Of a DNA stretch of 64,000 nt, positions 1 to 13,784 are shown piece after piece. The first letter of the stretch is position 1, and each line of letters starts with the position of its first letter. The notes under the pieces were generated by a model that was given only the letters and a program-made list of their open reading frames with translations, made no database searches and was not told the DNA's origin. The translations under genes and the position numbers were made by a program. The stretch is from Azolla caroliniana (lineage: Eukaryota; Plantae; Polypodiophyta): NCBI GenBank assembly GCA_043228905.1, contig JBHGNT010000014.1:7006001-7070000 (forward strand). The letters run 5' to 3'.

Positions 1-1054
1 GTGTGCAATTCTACTGCGTGCATTGCCCACACCATCCATCTTTTGTCCAATGCCGCTTTCAACTGTGTCGTAAACCGCTCGCAATTTGTTTGAAGAAGGA
101 CACATACATTGTCCGTTATTGTTTGGGAGTGGGTTTGCACATCGTCCAGGGCTTTCTTGAGGTTTTTGATTTTACACTTATTGGTTGTAGCCATCTCTCC
201 TCATAGAGGCTCTTCATCTTCGTCCATATCTGGGATTCTTTCAAGTGTAGTTCCTCGAGACAGCCCATTTCATTGTTCAAGCGGACTTCTACCTGATGCT
301 TCAGTTCCTGTTCCCACATGAGTTGCTCGTCGTACCATGCTTTCTTCTTTTCCAATAACTCTCAGAGTCCCGTGATAACGGCTTCTATCTTTTGGGCTTC
401 CTCAAGCAGCTTCCTATTTTCTTCTTTTGTAAGGCTATGCGCTACTATCTCCGCCGCGAGCTTATCCTCCAGTGCTTTCACCGCCCTTCGTCCTTTTGCC
501 CGAACATCCTTTTCTGTATCTGATGATTGGCCAGTTCCGCGTGGACACGGTCAATCTCGGACTCAGCTAACTGCCTAACTCTTTTTGCTTTTGCGGTGAT
601 GGCGGTTTGTGCTTTGACCTCCTCCCGTAAAGTCGTCGCTGCATCATCGATGGATGCGAGTCTGGGGTGTTGTTGCGCCGTAGTTGTGTTGCGTTCTAAT
701 TCCGCAATGCACTCTTGGTCCTTGTGTAGTTGGGTTTGAGTCAGCTTGATTGTTTTCCAAATATTCTTATTTTTGATAACCATATCTTTGGCTCCCATAC
801 TGACTGTGGCCAACTCCCTATGTACTTCGACGAGGGCCGTATTCAATGGGGGTAATTCAATGCCCATGCGGCGAATCCCTGGATTCCGCAATCTGCCTAT
901 CTTGGCGAGGGGTCCCTCATCGTCCCTTTCCGCCGTTCTCGTTAGTGCACGCTCAATCATTTGTTGTTCTGCGTGTTCCTTGGCCATTCTCTAGGACACC
1001 TTGATCTATTGTGTCGCCAAAAATTCCAGGAGTTTGTAAGTCGTCCCAAACTGT
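1..1054 (-). pseudogene. Distal, coiled-coil-rich part of the Gypsy 3' extra ORF (continues from 18070 across the Copia A insertion)
   Basis: Joining 18070+ to <=1054 restores a minus-strand frame (HEFGALLQFGTTYKLLEFLATQ*IKVS*RMAKEHAEQQ) that runs into ORFs 478..987 and 116..355. Confidence 0.6.
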
Positions 1055-1445
1055 AGTTGAGAATCAAGCTCAACATAGTGCAACGTGTGAACACACCTTT
1101 TGAGAATCCATGATTACTCAAAGGTCAAGAGTGATACCACTACTCTCTACACATTAACTATGTGTCATAGAATCATATTCTATGACACATAACTAATGAG
1201 TTACATATTCCCCATGACTATGAATCTTCACATTCCCCAAGAGAGAGAGTGGTTGTTGTAAGTTAATGAAGAGAGAGGGTGACTCTATATAAAGCACCCT
1301 CCTCATACTTCATACTAAGTCGATTGTGACTCCTTGTAATGCTATAGTTTTGTATCTCCATTCTACTTGTGAAATATACACATTCTTCTTGAGTATTTTA
1401 TTTCTCTTGCTTATCTATCTTGTGTTCTCTTCTCTCCTCTATTTT

Positions 1446-1479
<34 letters not shown>

Positions 1480-1522
1480 GCACACACACATCACACAAAA
1501 GAATCACCATCGATTCTTTACA
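1055..1522 (+). repeat. 5' LTR of Copia A
   Basis: Matches 17601-18069; ends TTTACA and is followed by the PBS. Confidence 0.9.
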
Positions 1523-4499
1523 TGCTATCAGAGCGATTTGGTAGCTCGATCTAGCCCATTTGCCTCATCGTGATCGTGTGTTGTGCTCTACGCCGACATT
1601 CAAGAAGAACCGGCTCATCGTTATCGTAGTACCACTACATAGCTCGTGTTCGAGAGTGAAGGAAAAGAAGAAAGGAAGCTTAATCGACAATGAATACTCA
1701 AATGGGGAGAGCTCTCCGTAGCGAGAAGTTGGATCGCAACAACTTTGCATCTTGGGAGTACAAGATGCACCAATACCTTGTCGGCCAAGGCTATTGGCGT
1801 TACATCAAGGGAGCACAAGAAGACCGACCCCACTCGAAAGACTGACTATGCAACTTGGGAGCAAGCGGCAAGCCGAGTGATGTATTGCTTGGCGACATGT
1901 GTTCACGACCACATGTTCGCTACATTCGAGAAGTCGAGACACTGAAGGAAGCATGGGAGAATCTACGAAAGATTTTCGCCGACGTCACGACTGCGAGAAA
2001 GCTTCAACTCCGCCAAGAGTTGAACAACATTCAACAACGGGATATGTCCGTTACAAGCTACACCTTGAAGATCAAGGAGCTTTGCGATTCGCTCGGCTCG
2101 ATAAGCATCAATGTGGACGATGATGAGATGGTGCAAATATGCCTCGGTGGCCTTCCACCACGGTTCGGCGCGATAAGAACCGCCGCACTAGCACGAGAGA
2201 ATCTGCCCTCCTTCTTCGACCTTCTATCCATGTTGTTGGTCGAAGAAAACCATGTTCGAACAAGGAGCAATGCCTCGGAAGGCCACATGCTCTACACGCA
2301 TTCGAATGGATGAAGAGGACACGACCGTGCAAGAAGAGGCAATTCGGCGAAGGACGAGGCGGACAAGGCCCGACTTACGATTTCGGCATCAAGACGGAAG
2401 CCATCAAGGAACCTTCGGAAGAAGGGGGAGCTTCCATTCCAATCTGAGCCGACAAAACTCTGTCAAATCCGGATATTGCGGAAAAATCGGTCACCACGAA
2501 GAAGAATGTCGTAAGAAGATACGCGAGTCGTCTTCCACTAGCCGACAACTCACCAACTACCCACCAACTCCGATTATGACGATTGTGGTGGAATGTTCAT
2601 GATGAGACATAGAGCAAATTATATGTCAGCTTCTACTTCAACTAGTGCCTCGGGTCCGGAATACGTATGGTTCGTCGACTTCGGTGCCTCGAACCATATG
2701 ACGTCTCTTCAAGAATGGTTCCGAGAACTTCGAGAGCCGGAACGACCCAGCTATGTCGAAACCGGAGACGACATTATGCATCCAATTCAGGACATCGGAA
2801 ATGTTCCATTCGGAGAAGAAGGTAAGCAAACTTACATTAAAAATGTCTTGCATGTACTAACTATCACGAAGAATTTGGTCTCCGTCGGCCAAATTGTAGA
2901 GCAAGGAATGCAAGTTTGATTTGATCAAGGTGGTTGCTTCATCGAAAAAGAGGGTCGACTCATCGCGCGCAAACGAAGAGAAGGCCAAATGTTCATTCTG
3001 GACCCGCACGAGATGAAATTGGCCATGTTCGCAAAAGGCACGAAAGCCGAGTCCGACATGGAGTGATTGCACAAGCGGATTGGCCATATCAACCTTCAAA
3101 AGCTCAAGGCGATGCAATCGAAAGGAGTCGTCATCGGACTCCCGACCTTCAAAGAGAGAGAGAGATTGCCAATTCGGCAAGCAACATCGGCACCCATTTC
3201 CGAAGGAACGGAACGTGAGCAAAGGCGTACTCTACGTAATTCATTCCGATGTATGGGGTTCGACTCAGACAGCTACATTTAGCGGATGCCGATACTACGT
3301 GGCCTTCATCGACGACTTCTCCAGGCACACCTGGATCTACCCCATACAACAAAAGAGCGAAGTGTTTGGACACTTCCAAATATTTAAGAATGAAGTCGAG
3401 AAAGCCACGGGCCGACATGTACAATGTCTTCGGTCGGATGGAGGCAAGGAGTACTTCACAGACGAATTTTCGGCGTTTCTATGAAAAGAAGGAATATGAC
3501 GAGAGTTTTTGTGTTGACATACGCCACAACAAAACAGAGTAGCCGAACGCAAGAATAGGCACATCCTCGAAGTGGCACAAGCTATGCTTAACAAAAAGCA
3601 CATGCCGAAATCGTATTGGGTGGAAGCAGCTAACACGGCCATATACCTCATGAATCAGTGTATGACATCGAGTGTGCACGAATTTACTCCGCATGAGAAG
3701 TTTTTCGGAAAGAAGCCAGACCTATCACATGTTCGGATATTCGGCTTCATTGCGTACGTGCACATCCCCGACGAGAAGAGTCAAAAGCTCAACCCGAAGT
3801 CGGAGAAATGTATCCTCGTAGGATACTCGCTGGAGCAAAAGGGGTACAAGTGCTATAACCCCTCAACTCGAAAATCTCGATTAAGTCGGGATATCATTTT
3901 CGACGAGTCGGTATCTTGGTATGCACGAGAGACAACTTCGACTTCGATTCTGCTTGACCCAGATTCTGCCAAAATAGAGATAGAAGCCGAAGATCAACTC
4001 ATGCGCATGTGTTACCCGTAGGAGTTATACGGGGCGATATCAGGGTAAAACACGTTAAAGGGGTTGTTTGGTATGTGTAATGTATATGAGTGTGAATATG
4101 AGTATGTGTGAGCACATGCACAATTATGTGCATGTGACAAGAGTGTAACGGTCTCTTTTGTAACGGTCATTATTTACCGTTACATTTTGTATTATATAAA
4201 CCCCTTATGGGGCATGTAATGAATAGACATTTTTCCCACTCATTTTGGTGTCCTTGTGTATTTGTGTTTCTCTCTATCTCTAGCTCTCTCTTTATCGTAA
4301 CACCCTTAGGAGGGGGGTGAAGCCATTCTAGGTTGCACCCCCCACACCGACAACACTTTTGGCACACCCGAACGGCCGACCCTCCTTTGAGAAGAAGTCT
4401 CACTCTCCCTCATGCTCCCCTTCCATCACTAATCTCTCTACGTCCCAACCAATCTGAGATGAAAATGGTGATTTACAGCTTCAACTCTCTACACGTTTG

Positions 4500-4591
4500 T
4501 GTGTTTGCTTGTGTTGTGTGTGTTGTGTCTCTCTCGTTCCCCTCATGTGTTTGCTTGTGTTGTGTGTGTTGTGTCTCTCTCGTTCCCCTCA
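4500..4591. repeat. Two tandem copies of a 46-bp GT/CT-rich unit
   Basis: TGTGTTTGCTTGTGTTGTGTGTGTTGTGTCTCTCTCGTTCCCCTCA occurs twice. Confidence 0.85.
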
Positions 4592-5654
4592 GGCTCATTG
4601 GTTTGTTTCTATCTATGCTATGAAAACCCTAAGTCCTCATAGAAGAAGTGGAAGAAGAGAAGAACGTGGGCATGGCGACCATTAGGTATGCGGCTTCTTC
4701 AACAATGGCAATACGCAGCAGCTGTGGAAATGGGAGGGCGCGATGGCTTCCACAGTAGCTCCTATGTGTCAAGAGCTCTGTAGCTAAGTTCAACTTCTAG
4801 ATCATCAGATTCATGTCTCTACAAATATTCAAAAGAACATAAACGAGCATCAACGGGCTCGGCTTCGGACAATCAATCCCTTGCTTGAGTCAAGAAGGGT
4901 TGAGTGAAGAAGATGGAGAAAAGTAAGATATGGAAGAGGACAGACAGTCATCAGCAGCCGGCTCTGACGACGATGAAGAAGGACGACCACCAGACACAAA
5001 GGCGGGTTCGGACAGAGACAGCCAACGTCCGACAGCCGGGCGAACAGCGTCTGGTCGGCGAATAGGCAACGGCCGGATAGAAGGTCCGGTAGTCGGCCGC
5101 ACAGAGAGACGGCGACGACCTAGAGACACGCCTAGAGACATTCGGCCGCCGAATAGGCAGACGACCATGGCTAGAAGGCAAAGACCGCCGGACAGAGCCG
5201 ACCGACGCACAACATCGACAGACAGTACAGGCAGAGAGAGCCGGCCACTCAAGCAGACAACACCGGCCGACGTCCGACAGAGTCGACCGGAGAAAATGGT
5301 GACAGCCGTCAAACAAAGGGTCCCACAGGTGGCTGTCGAACAGAGCCGACGGACGACGACAGAGACGGCCCACGGAGAGACGGCTCTAGACAGCCTACAA
5401 ACCAAGACGGCCACAGACAGACAAACATGCGGGAGAAGAAGATGATCATCAGAGAATGAAGAGGAAGACGAAGATGATCATCACCACCGCCACCATAGAA
5501 GACAAGGTATGACAGAAGCAGAGAAGAAAAAGAGGAAGAAAATGAAGAAAATGAAGAAGAACAAGACAAAGATGCAGATAGAAAGCAAGACGAAAGAAGA
5601 AAAGCCAACGGAGGAAAAGCCAAAGAGCCAAAGAGATGGCCAGGGACACCAGAG

Positions 5655-5970
5655 ACTCGGCCGAGCACAAAGGCACGGAGATGGCCGATGCCGCTAGAGA
5701 CGCGTGACCAAGACCATGGTAGAGACGCGTGGCCGAAATCACGACCAAGACATGTGGCCAAAATGCACGGCCGAGACGTGCGGTCGAAGCGAAGCGGGGT
5801 CGAGATGCGTGGCCAAAACACGCGGACCAGAATATGGCCAAGATGCACGGCCGAGAAGTACGACCAAGACGTATGGCCAAGAGCACTGCCGAGATGTGTG
5901 GCCGAGAAGCATGATCGAGACATGCACCTGAGAGTACGGCCCAGATATGCGACCAAGAGTACGGCCAAGT
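5655..5970. repeat. Degenerate GGCC-rich minisatellite inside element B
   Basis: Recurring (C/T)GGCCGAGA, GACCAAGAC and TGGCCAA motifs. Confidence 0.7.
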
Positions 5971-8900
5971 GACAACCGCGAAGACAGCCAAGCAAAAGAC
6001 AAAGAGAAAAGAAGAAAGAGAAGAGGGGTACGAAGAGAACATTTCAAAAATTGGAGGGCAGAATGCATAATTTTAAAATTTCAAAGGGCCGAAAATAAAA
6101 TTTGAAAAAGAGAAAAAAGAAAAAAGAAAAACTTGAGGGTAAAAATTTTAGAAACCAAGGGTACAAAATACAAAACTCAATTCACATGACGAAATTGAAA
6201 AATACACATACATGTAACAGAATCATGAAAGACCCATGCCACAATGGATGAGCCAATTGGTGTGTGATCTACTTGAGCGACATGCTAACCGAATGAGAAG
6301 GTTCGAATCAAGCAATGCTCTAATTGAAGTTATCGATTGTAGAGCTATGATCCAGTCGATGGATTTCCGATCTTTGAGACGACCGATGGAGTTCCGGTCG
6401 AGAAGAGTTTCAATGGCGAGTGGGTTCACCGTGCAATGCACTGTCCCACATGCGTGCCATGTGTTACCCGTAGGAGTTGTAGGAGGCAGTATAAGGGTAA
6501 AACACATTAAAGGGGTTGTTTGGTATGTGTAATGTATATGAGTGTGAAGATGAGTATGTGTGAGCACATTAACGGTCATTATTTACTGTTACATTTTGTA
6601 TTATATAAACCCCTTATGGGGCATGTAATGGATAGGCATTTTTCCCACTCATTTTGGTGTCTTTGTGTATTTGTGTTTCTCTCTATCTCTAGCTCTCTCT
6701 TTATCGTAACCCCCTTGGGAGGGGGGTGAAGCCATTCTAGGTTTCACCCCCAACCCCGACAACAACATGTTCGAAGAAAACCCGATTACGACAAGGGTTA
6801 GTGGACCACAAGAGCCTCCGAGCGATCAAAGCACATCTCGGCTGAGTCTGAAGCTGGACAAAGGGAAGGAGAAAATGCCAAAGTATGAAGATGATCATTT
6901 CGACGGCATCGAATCGACTCACTCCCTTGATAGTGAGTTCGAAGGCCCTGACATCCGGACAAATGGAGTGAAGAAAGCCTTACAATCTGCAAACGAGAAG
7001 CTCCACCAATCCACCCATGAAAAGAACCCCGTAAGACGGTTCGGCTACGATGAGTACATGGCGTACCATTACACATTTATGATGAAGGTGGCAACTGTAC
7101 GAGAGTCGAAAACATTTTCTGAAGACGCGAAGGACCGGCGGTTGATCGAAGCATTGAACGAGGAGATGCATACACTACACAAGAATGAGACATGGGATCT
7201 CGTTCCCCACTCACCACACAAGAAGGCAATCGGTTGCAGATGGATCTACAAGGTGAAGTATAATGTTGACGGCTCCGTCAACTGCTACAAAGCTCGACTC
7301 GTAGCGAAAGGATACACACAAACACATGGAGTCGACTATGAAGAGACCTTTGCCCTAGTGGCAAAGATGATGACGGTGCGAACCGTGATCGCACTTGCAG
7401 CGGTAAAAGGTGGCACCTCCACCAAATGGACGTCCAGAATGCCTTTCTTCAAGGCGAATTAGAAGAGGAGGTGTACATGGTACAACCACCCGGCTTCGAA
7501 TCGTGTACTCATCCGAAAGCCGTGTGCCGACTCAAGAAGTCACTCTACGGCGTCAAGCAAGCACTGTGTACACAATATCTTCATCAAATCGGCTTTCGAA
7601 TGTCGAAATCCGAAAAATCCCTCTACGTACAACACGACTCTAGAAGCCTAATTTTCATCATCCTATACGTGGATGATCTGGTCATTGAAGGTGAAAGTCT
7701 AGTCAAATCAACAAGGTCAAGTTCCTCCTCTCCAGAAAATTTGAGATGACGAACATGAAGGAGCTCCATTACTTCCTTGGCATCGAAGTAATTCGGATTC
7801 CGAACAGCATTATGATCTCTCAACAGCACTACATCCTCAACTTATTATACAAGTTCGGGATGACTGAGTGCAAATCGGTTGCTATGCCTCTTGATCGAAA
7901 CCTCAAACTACATGTTGACTCCGGCATAGATGAGTGTGAGCCGACCGAATATTGTCAACTGATCGGGAGCCTCATCTATCTCACGATCGCTCGATCCAAA
8001 CTTAGTTATCCAGTCGGACTCCTAAGCCAATTCATGCAAACTCCACGAGATATCCATTTCGATTGCGCTAAGCAAGTATTACGATACGTGAGCGGCACAA
8101 TGGATTACGGCGTTCTCTATGCATCGGTGTAAAAGAATACGTGTGCGAAAGCGTATGCGAAACACAGAGTACACAGTTCGGAGAATGACAGTTTGGTAAA
8201 AAACACAGAAAACGTAGAGAGGGAGAGGGAGAGGGAGAGACAGAGAGAGAGCAGACAACTCAGCTCTATTTCAAAATAATGACACTCTGTATATACTTCC
8301 TGCGCAATGAGCACCTTTTATACAAGCCCTGACTATCAAGCTAACACAAGTACTGACAATACTTGATTGCTCATAAATGAGCCTACTACACTAACTCCCA
8401 AAATTATTCCTTACGAGGAATACCATACTAACAGCCTTTCGGTTTACGCACCGATACGGCCACGTTATGCGTACTGTTTTATGCACCCAGTCTACGCACT
8501 GGGTTACGCACCATGTTACGCACCCAATGTTGAGCTTGTCAGTCAACACTCCCCCTCAAGCTCAACTTGAAGTTCCACATGCTCCTCTAGATCTTCACTC
8601 TGGCTTCTCTTGGCTTCACGCCTTGCTCGCGCTCCTTGACTCTTCTGGTCGACTAGTCTGCTCATTTGGCCCTTCTCAGCTCCCTTGCTGTTGCAGTGTT
8701 GGCACCTCTTCCGCTGCCCTTTCCTCCGCTTGGCCCTCAGTCGATTCGTAATATCCGAATTGAACATTTCGATTGAATCATTCTCTTCCGATTCAATTCC
8801 ACTTACATCCGAATTGGCTGTCTCCAATTCGTCTTCAGTCTTTAGGCCTTACCTCCCCCTACTTCGACTGTCCTCGGCTCTTCCCTACGATTACGGCCCT

Positions 8901-9970
8901 TGCTCTCTTCTTCGGCTTCTTCAGCCAGCCCAAAATCGAATTCTTCATCTGACTCCGCATCACAGTCACTTCCACCGCGATGATCGCCTCCACTCCTTTC
9001 ACTCTCTTGTTCATGTCTCCCCCTCAAGTTCGGCGTGTCGAGGTGACACAACCCAAGCTCACCCGAGAAATGCCGCAACTTGTCGAGATCAGAGGCTTGA
9101 TGAAAATGTCGGCAACTTGTTGATCCGTCAAAACATACGCTAGTTCGACTTCACCTGAAAGGCCCCGCTCGTGGACAAAATGGTAATGCACCTCAATGTA
9201 CTTGGTCCGGGCGTGGAATATAGGGTTTTTCGCAAAGTGGATAATGCTAAGGTTGTCGCAATAGATCATCGTCGGATCGGACACCTCCACATGCAGATCC
9301 CGTAATAGTCGTTTCAGCCAAATGACTTCGCACGTAGCGACAATCACCCCTCGATATTCGGCCTCCGTGCTTGCCAGTGCTACTATCGGCTGCTTCTTAC
9401 TGCTCCACGCGATCGCCACACTTCCTAATGAGAAGGTGTATCCGGATCTGGATCTAAGATCACTGGCGTTTCCGGCCCAATCGGCATAAGTGTAGCCAAC
9501 CAACGAACAACGCCACGTCTTTCGTGCCGCTGATATATCGCAATATCCTTTGCGCACACTGAAAGTGTTCGGCCGTAGGCTGTGACATAAACTGACTGAT
9601 CAGTTCGACCGAGTAGCTGAGGTCCGGCCTCGTGATCGTCAAATATATCAGGCTTCCGACAATCAATCGGCATAAGTGTAGCCAACAACCGATTCGGCTA
9701 CGCCTGCCCGATACAACAGCGCCACGTCTTTCGTGCCGCTGACATATCGCAATGTACTTTGCGCGCAGTGAGTGTTCCGTCGTAGGCTGTGACATAAACT
9801 GAGGTTCGGTCTCGTGATCGTCAAATATATCAGGCTTCCGATAATCTGTCGAAACCATGTCGGGTCGCATGCCTTTCCCGAATCTCGGCGAAGCTTTACA
9901 TTTCAATCCAGAGGGGTCGAGATGGGCTTACAGTTGGCCATCCTGAACTTGAAGAGCATATTCAGTGCGT

Positions 9971-12900
9971 TGTCGTGATGTTTTCAACACAGTGTGAAAC
10001 CACCACCAAAAAAGAATAAAGTAGTAGTTGAAATAAACTAATATTGTGAAGTCAACTTTTGCAATAAACGATGAAAAGATAAGAAGGTAGAAGCGAATTT
10101 TCAAAAGTAGAAAAAAATAGAAAAAGTAAAATAATAATAATAATAACGCAAAACAAAAACGGAAGGCGTGGAATTGAGGAGCAAGGTAGAGAAAAAAGCT
10201 CATAATTTCCTCATCCGGTGTCAAAATTAGAGAAGAAAACTTTCACAAGAAAGCTAACTCAAAGGGCTTTCCAAAAATAGCTTTCATGTCTAGTTTGGAC
10301 TTACGAAAATAAAATAGTGATAGAAATAAAACGCAACTCATATAGACAAGCTTTTTTTTAGGAGAAAAATAAAGCAAACCATAGTAAACCTATAAATAAG
10401 AGCTTATTTTAAGAAGAATATATAGACGGGGATTGAATCAGAAAAGATTTATATTTCCTCTCTCATACTCTTATACCCCAAAAGGGGAGATAGAAAAAAA
10501 TAAAATCATGTATCAAAACAAGTCCATTATATTGATGATAGAGTAATAAATACTGTCCATATTTCTTCTCTTGTGCTCTCTTATTTTAAACATTGCCTAT
10601 GTATAAAGATAATTAAGTGTCATTCATACTCTCGTAATCTAAGCTTTTCTTAGTTATTAGCATTATTAAGTATTATTCAATCTCACATAATCTCCTACTT
10701 GAAGATTTGCTTATGCATAAATGTAATTAACTATTATTCGATCTCTTATACTACCAATTTACTCTTATTAGAGGGAAATCGCTCGTCTTTAACCCTAAAA
10801 TACGTTATGTATTAAGCCCTAAATCCTTCCCATCCAGAACCCCGGTTGTTCCGCCTCACGATCCGCGCTTATTGGCGGATTTTCATGACATAATAAAGTG
10901 GTGAACCACACGACGTGAAGAGGCAGTAGGAAGGATTCAAGTGCTTGAAATAGAAGAATGGAAGATGGCTTCTTCGACAAACACCCAAGTTGACGAAGTG
11001 GAGAAGTTGGTAGCTATTGTCGAGCATATGATGAGAGCTCGTGATAACGATGCAAGATTAAATAAGGCCATCGACCGGATCATTGATATAGCAGGCCAAT
11101 TTGGTGGAAGAAATATTACAGATTTCCTCGTTATATACAAGACAGAGATGCTACAACGAGATGTCATCGAAGAGAAACAAATATCAAGCTTCAAGCGTGT
11201 CGTGGGAAATGAGTTACAAGGCCATATAAGGGAGATTCAAGCCATACAAACAACATGGGCGGGATTCAAAAGGGCCAATTTGACCGAATATATGCTTGAA
11301 GACACATCGAGGATGACTCAACACACGTTGATGAAGTGGATCGAGAAGAAGAAGAAGAACATGAATGCATTGGGGGTGTACAACGAATTCGACCAAATGT
11401 ACAATCGTCTTCCAAGCACTGACCAGATGTTTCTCGAAGAAGATAAGGTTCTATACTTCTTAAAGGCGGTGGATGTGAAAGATAGATGAGAACTAGGTTG
11501 TCTATTCGAGGATGAAGCACAACCCAATGGTCTCATAACGGATTGGGTTGAGGTAAGAAGAGCATGTGACCGGTTCGACAAGCGTCGTCGATGGGTAGAT
11601 GGTTCCAACATGGCGGAGTCGATAGTTCGAAGATGGAAGGTTCCACTAGTATCTGAGATGTCAAAGCAAAGTGGGCCAACCGAGAGAACAATGAAGGAGG
11701 ACAACAAGTGTGCTGAGACTTCTTCCCCACTATTTCAAGAGATTTGGGCAATGGTGGATGGGGACATATCGGTCGGTGGAAAAAGAGCCATCACCGAAGA
11801 ATCATACCCAAACCAAATTAAGACCCAAGAGAAGGAAGGTGGAGGCGAGGAAGCGAAGGTCGAAGCCGATGCGTACGATGAAGAGGCAAGCATAATCGAG
11901 GCATGCTCGATTGAGAAGGTCAATGGGTATGAAGCCGATGAGTTTGAAGAGATGGCCACGGATAACGAATTAGAGGTAGAGGTGGCTATGGACAACATAA
12001 TGAAGGAGGATGGCAAGTGTGTCGAGACTTCTTCCCCACTATTTCAAGATATTTGGGCAATGGTAGACAAGAACATATCAGTCGGTGGAGAAAGGGCCAT
12101 CACCGAAGAGACATACCCGAACCAAATAAAGACCCAAGAGATGGAAGGTGGCAGCGAGGAAGTGAAGGTCAATGCTAAAACATACAATGAAGAGGTCAAA
12201 CAAAGCACAATGGTGCATGACAATGGCCAAGCGAGGCAAGTGAAGTCTAAGGGTGTTCCGCGAGATATGATCCCATGCTCCGAATCAAAAGGGGATTCTA
12301 GTGTGAAGATCAAACAAACGATGGTCAACTGTCACACGAGAGCATACCATGAAAAAAGTGGATGTGGGAAACATGAAATGTGGTCATCCCAGATTTTGAA
12401 TGTGAGCGTGGACTTGAAGCATGGGCTACGAGTAGCAAAGTTGATGTTCAAGTGAGGTCTAATGAAGACAAACCTAGATTGACGAAAGAAGGAAGACTAA
12501 AGTGTGTTAACCATGGCGATGGTCGAAATCAAGGTAGCACATGCATGATGCATGAAGGGTTATGCTTCGGGAAGGTAGAAGAGGACATGAAAACCAAATG
12601 TTGCAGTACAAAGCTCAGACGAAGGATTTGGTGGTTTGGATGGTCTCCATGGTTATAGTGAAAAGAATGGTCATAGTGGCATTGGAAGAAGAGAGATAAG
12701 GAGCCAATGAGTTGGTTCAAGGTCAATCTCTATCATAGATAGTTAGCTTATGAAGGAAAGAAAATATTAGGACAAGGATTAAAGATTTCAACTAGGAGGA
12801 TGCAACTCAATAACACACTTGGCACATACCGATTGATGTGCAGGTTTGGTGGGGATGGATGTCGTGATGTTTTCAACACATAGTGTGAAACCACCACCAA

Positions 12901-13784
12901 AAAAGAACAAAGTAGTAGTTGAAATAAACTAATATTGTGAAGTCATCTTTTGCAATAAATGATGAAAAGATAAGAAGGTAGAAGCGAACTTTCAAAACTA
13001 GAAAAAATTAGAAAAAGTAAAATAATAATAATAATAATAACGCAAAACAAAAAAGCAAGGCGTGGAATTGAGGAGCAAGGTAGAGAAAAAAGCTCATAAT
13101 TTCCTCATCCGGTGTCAAAATTAGACAAGAAAACTTTCATAAGAAAGCTAACTCAAAGGGCTTTCCAAAAATAGCTTTCATGTCTAGTTTGGACTTACAA
13201 AAATAAAATAGTGATAGAAATAAAACGCAACTCATATAGACAAGCTTTTTTTTTAAGAGAAAAATAAAGCAAACCATAGTAAACCTATAAATAAGAGCTT
13301 ATTTTAAGAAGAATATATAGACGGGGATTGAATCAGAAAAGATTTATATTTCCTCTCTCATACTCTTATACCCCAAAAGTGGAGATAGAAAAAAATAAAA
13401 TCATGTATCAAAACAAGTCCATTATATTGATGATAGAGTAATAAATACTGTCCATATTTCTTCTCTTATGCTCTCTTATTTTAAACATTGCCTATGTATA
13501 AAGATAATTAAGTGTCATTCATACTCTCGTAATCTAAGCTTTTCTTAGTTATTAGCATTATTAAGTATTATTCAATCTCACATAATCTCCTACTCGAAGA
13601 TTTGCTTATGCATAAATGTAATTAACTATTATTCGATCTCTTATACTACCAATTTACTCTTATTAGAGGGAAATCGTTGTCTTTAACCCTAAAATACATT
13701 AAGTATTAAGCCCTAAATCCTTCCCGTCCAGAACCCCGACGGTTTCGCCTCACGATCCACATTTATTGGCTAATTTTCACGACA
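9971..13784 (+). mobile_element. Non-autonomous gag-only LTR retrotransposon D (probably Gypsy-type)
   Basis: AT-rich ~920-bp LTRs 9971-10890 and 12860-13784 (TGTCGTGA...TCA(T/C)GACA); PBS TGGTGAACCACACGACGTGA resembling the tRNA-Trp 3' complement; PPT TGGTGGGGATGGA; 4-bp TSD GCGT/ACGT that restores HYVLN in Copia C. Confidence 0.85.
10941..12455 (+). pseudogene. Gag-like ORF of element D with an internal stop and an acidic duplicated tail
   Basis: ORFs 10941..11489 and 11610..12455 are in the same frame, separated by TGA. FGGRNITDFL is a gag-like motif. A ~170-bp duplication starts at 11691 and 12000. Confidence 0.6.

Larger units (their letters stand above)
4010..6764 (+). mobile_element. 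Non-coding, non-autonomous LTR element B (TRIM/LARD-like)
   Basis: Direct repeats 4010-4355 and 6462-6764 (TGTTAC...CAACA); flanks GCATG/ACATG (TSD with 1 mismatch); PBS-like TGGCACACCCG near 4360; removing it restores the Copia A frame (LMRMFEENP). Confidence 0.8.
1690..8127 (+). pseudogene. Copia A gag-pol, frameshifted and interrupted by element B
   Basis: Gag (KLQLRQELNN), zinc knuckle, PR (WFVDFGAS), INT (IHSDVWG, LRSDGGKEY), RT ([15 protein letters not shown]). Confidence 0.9.

Noticed and set aside
4890-6068. Overlapping 100-230 aa ORFs in element B
   Set aside because: Low-complexity, repeat-derived and open on both strands, with no domain motifs.
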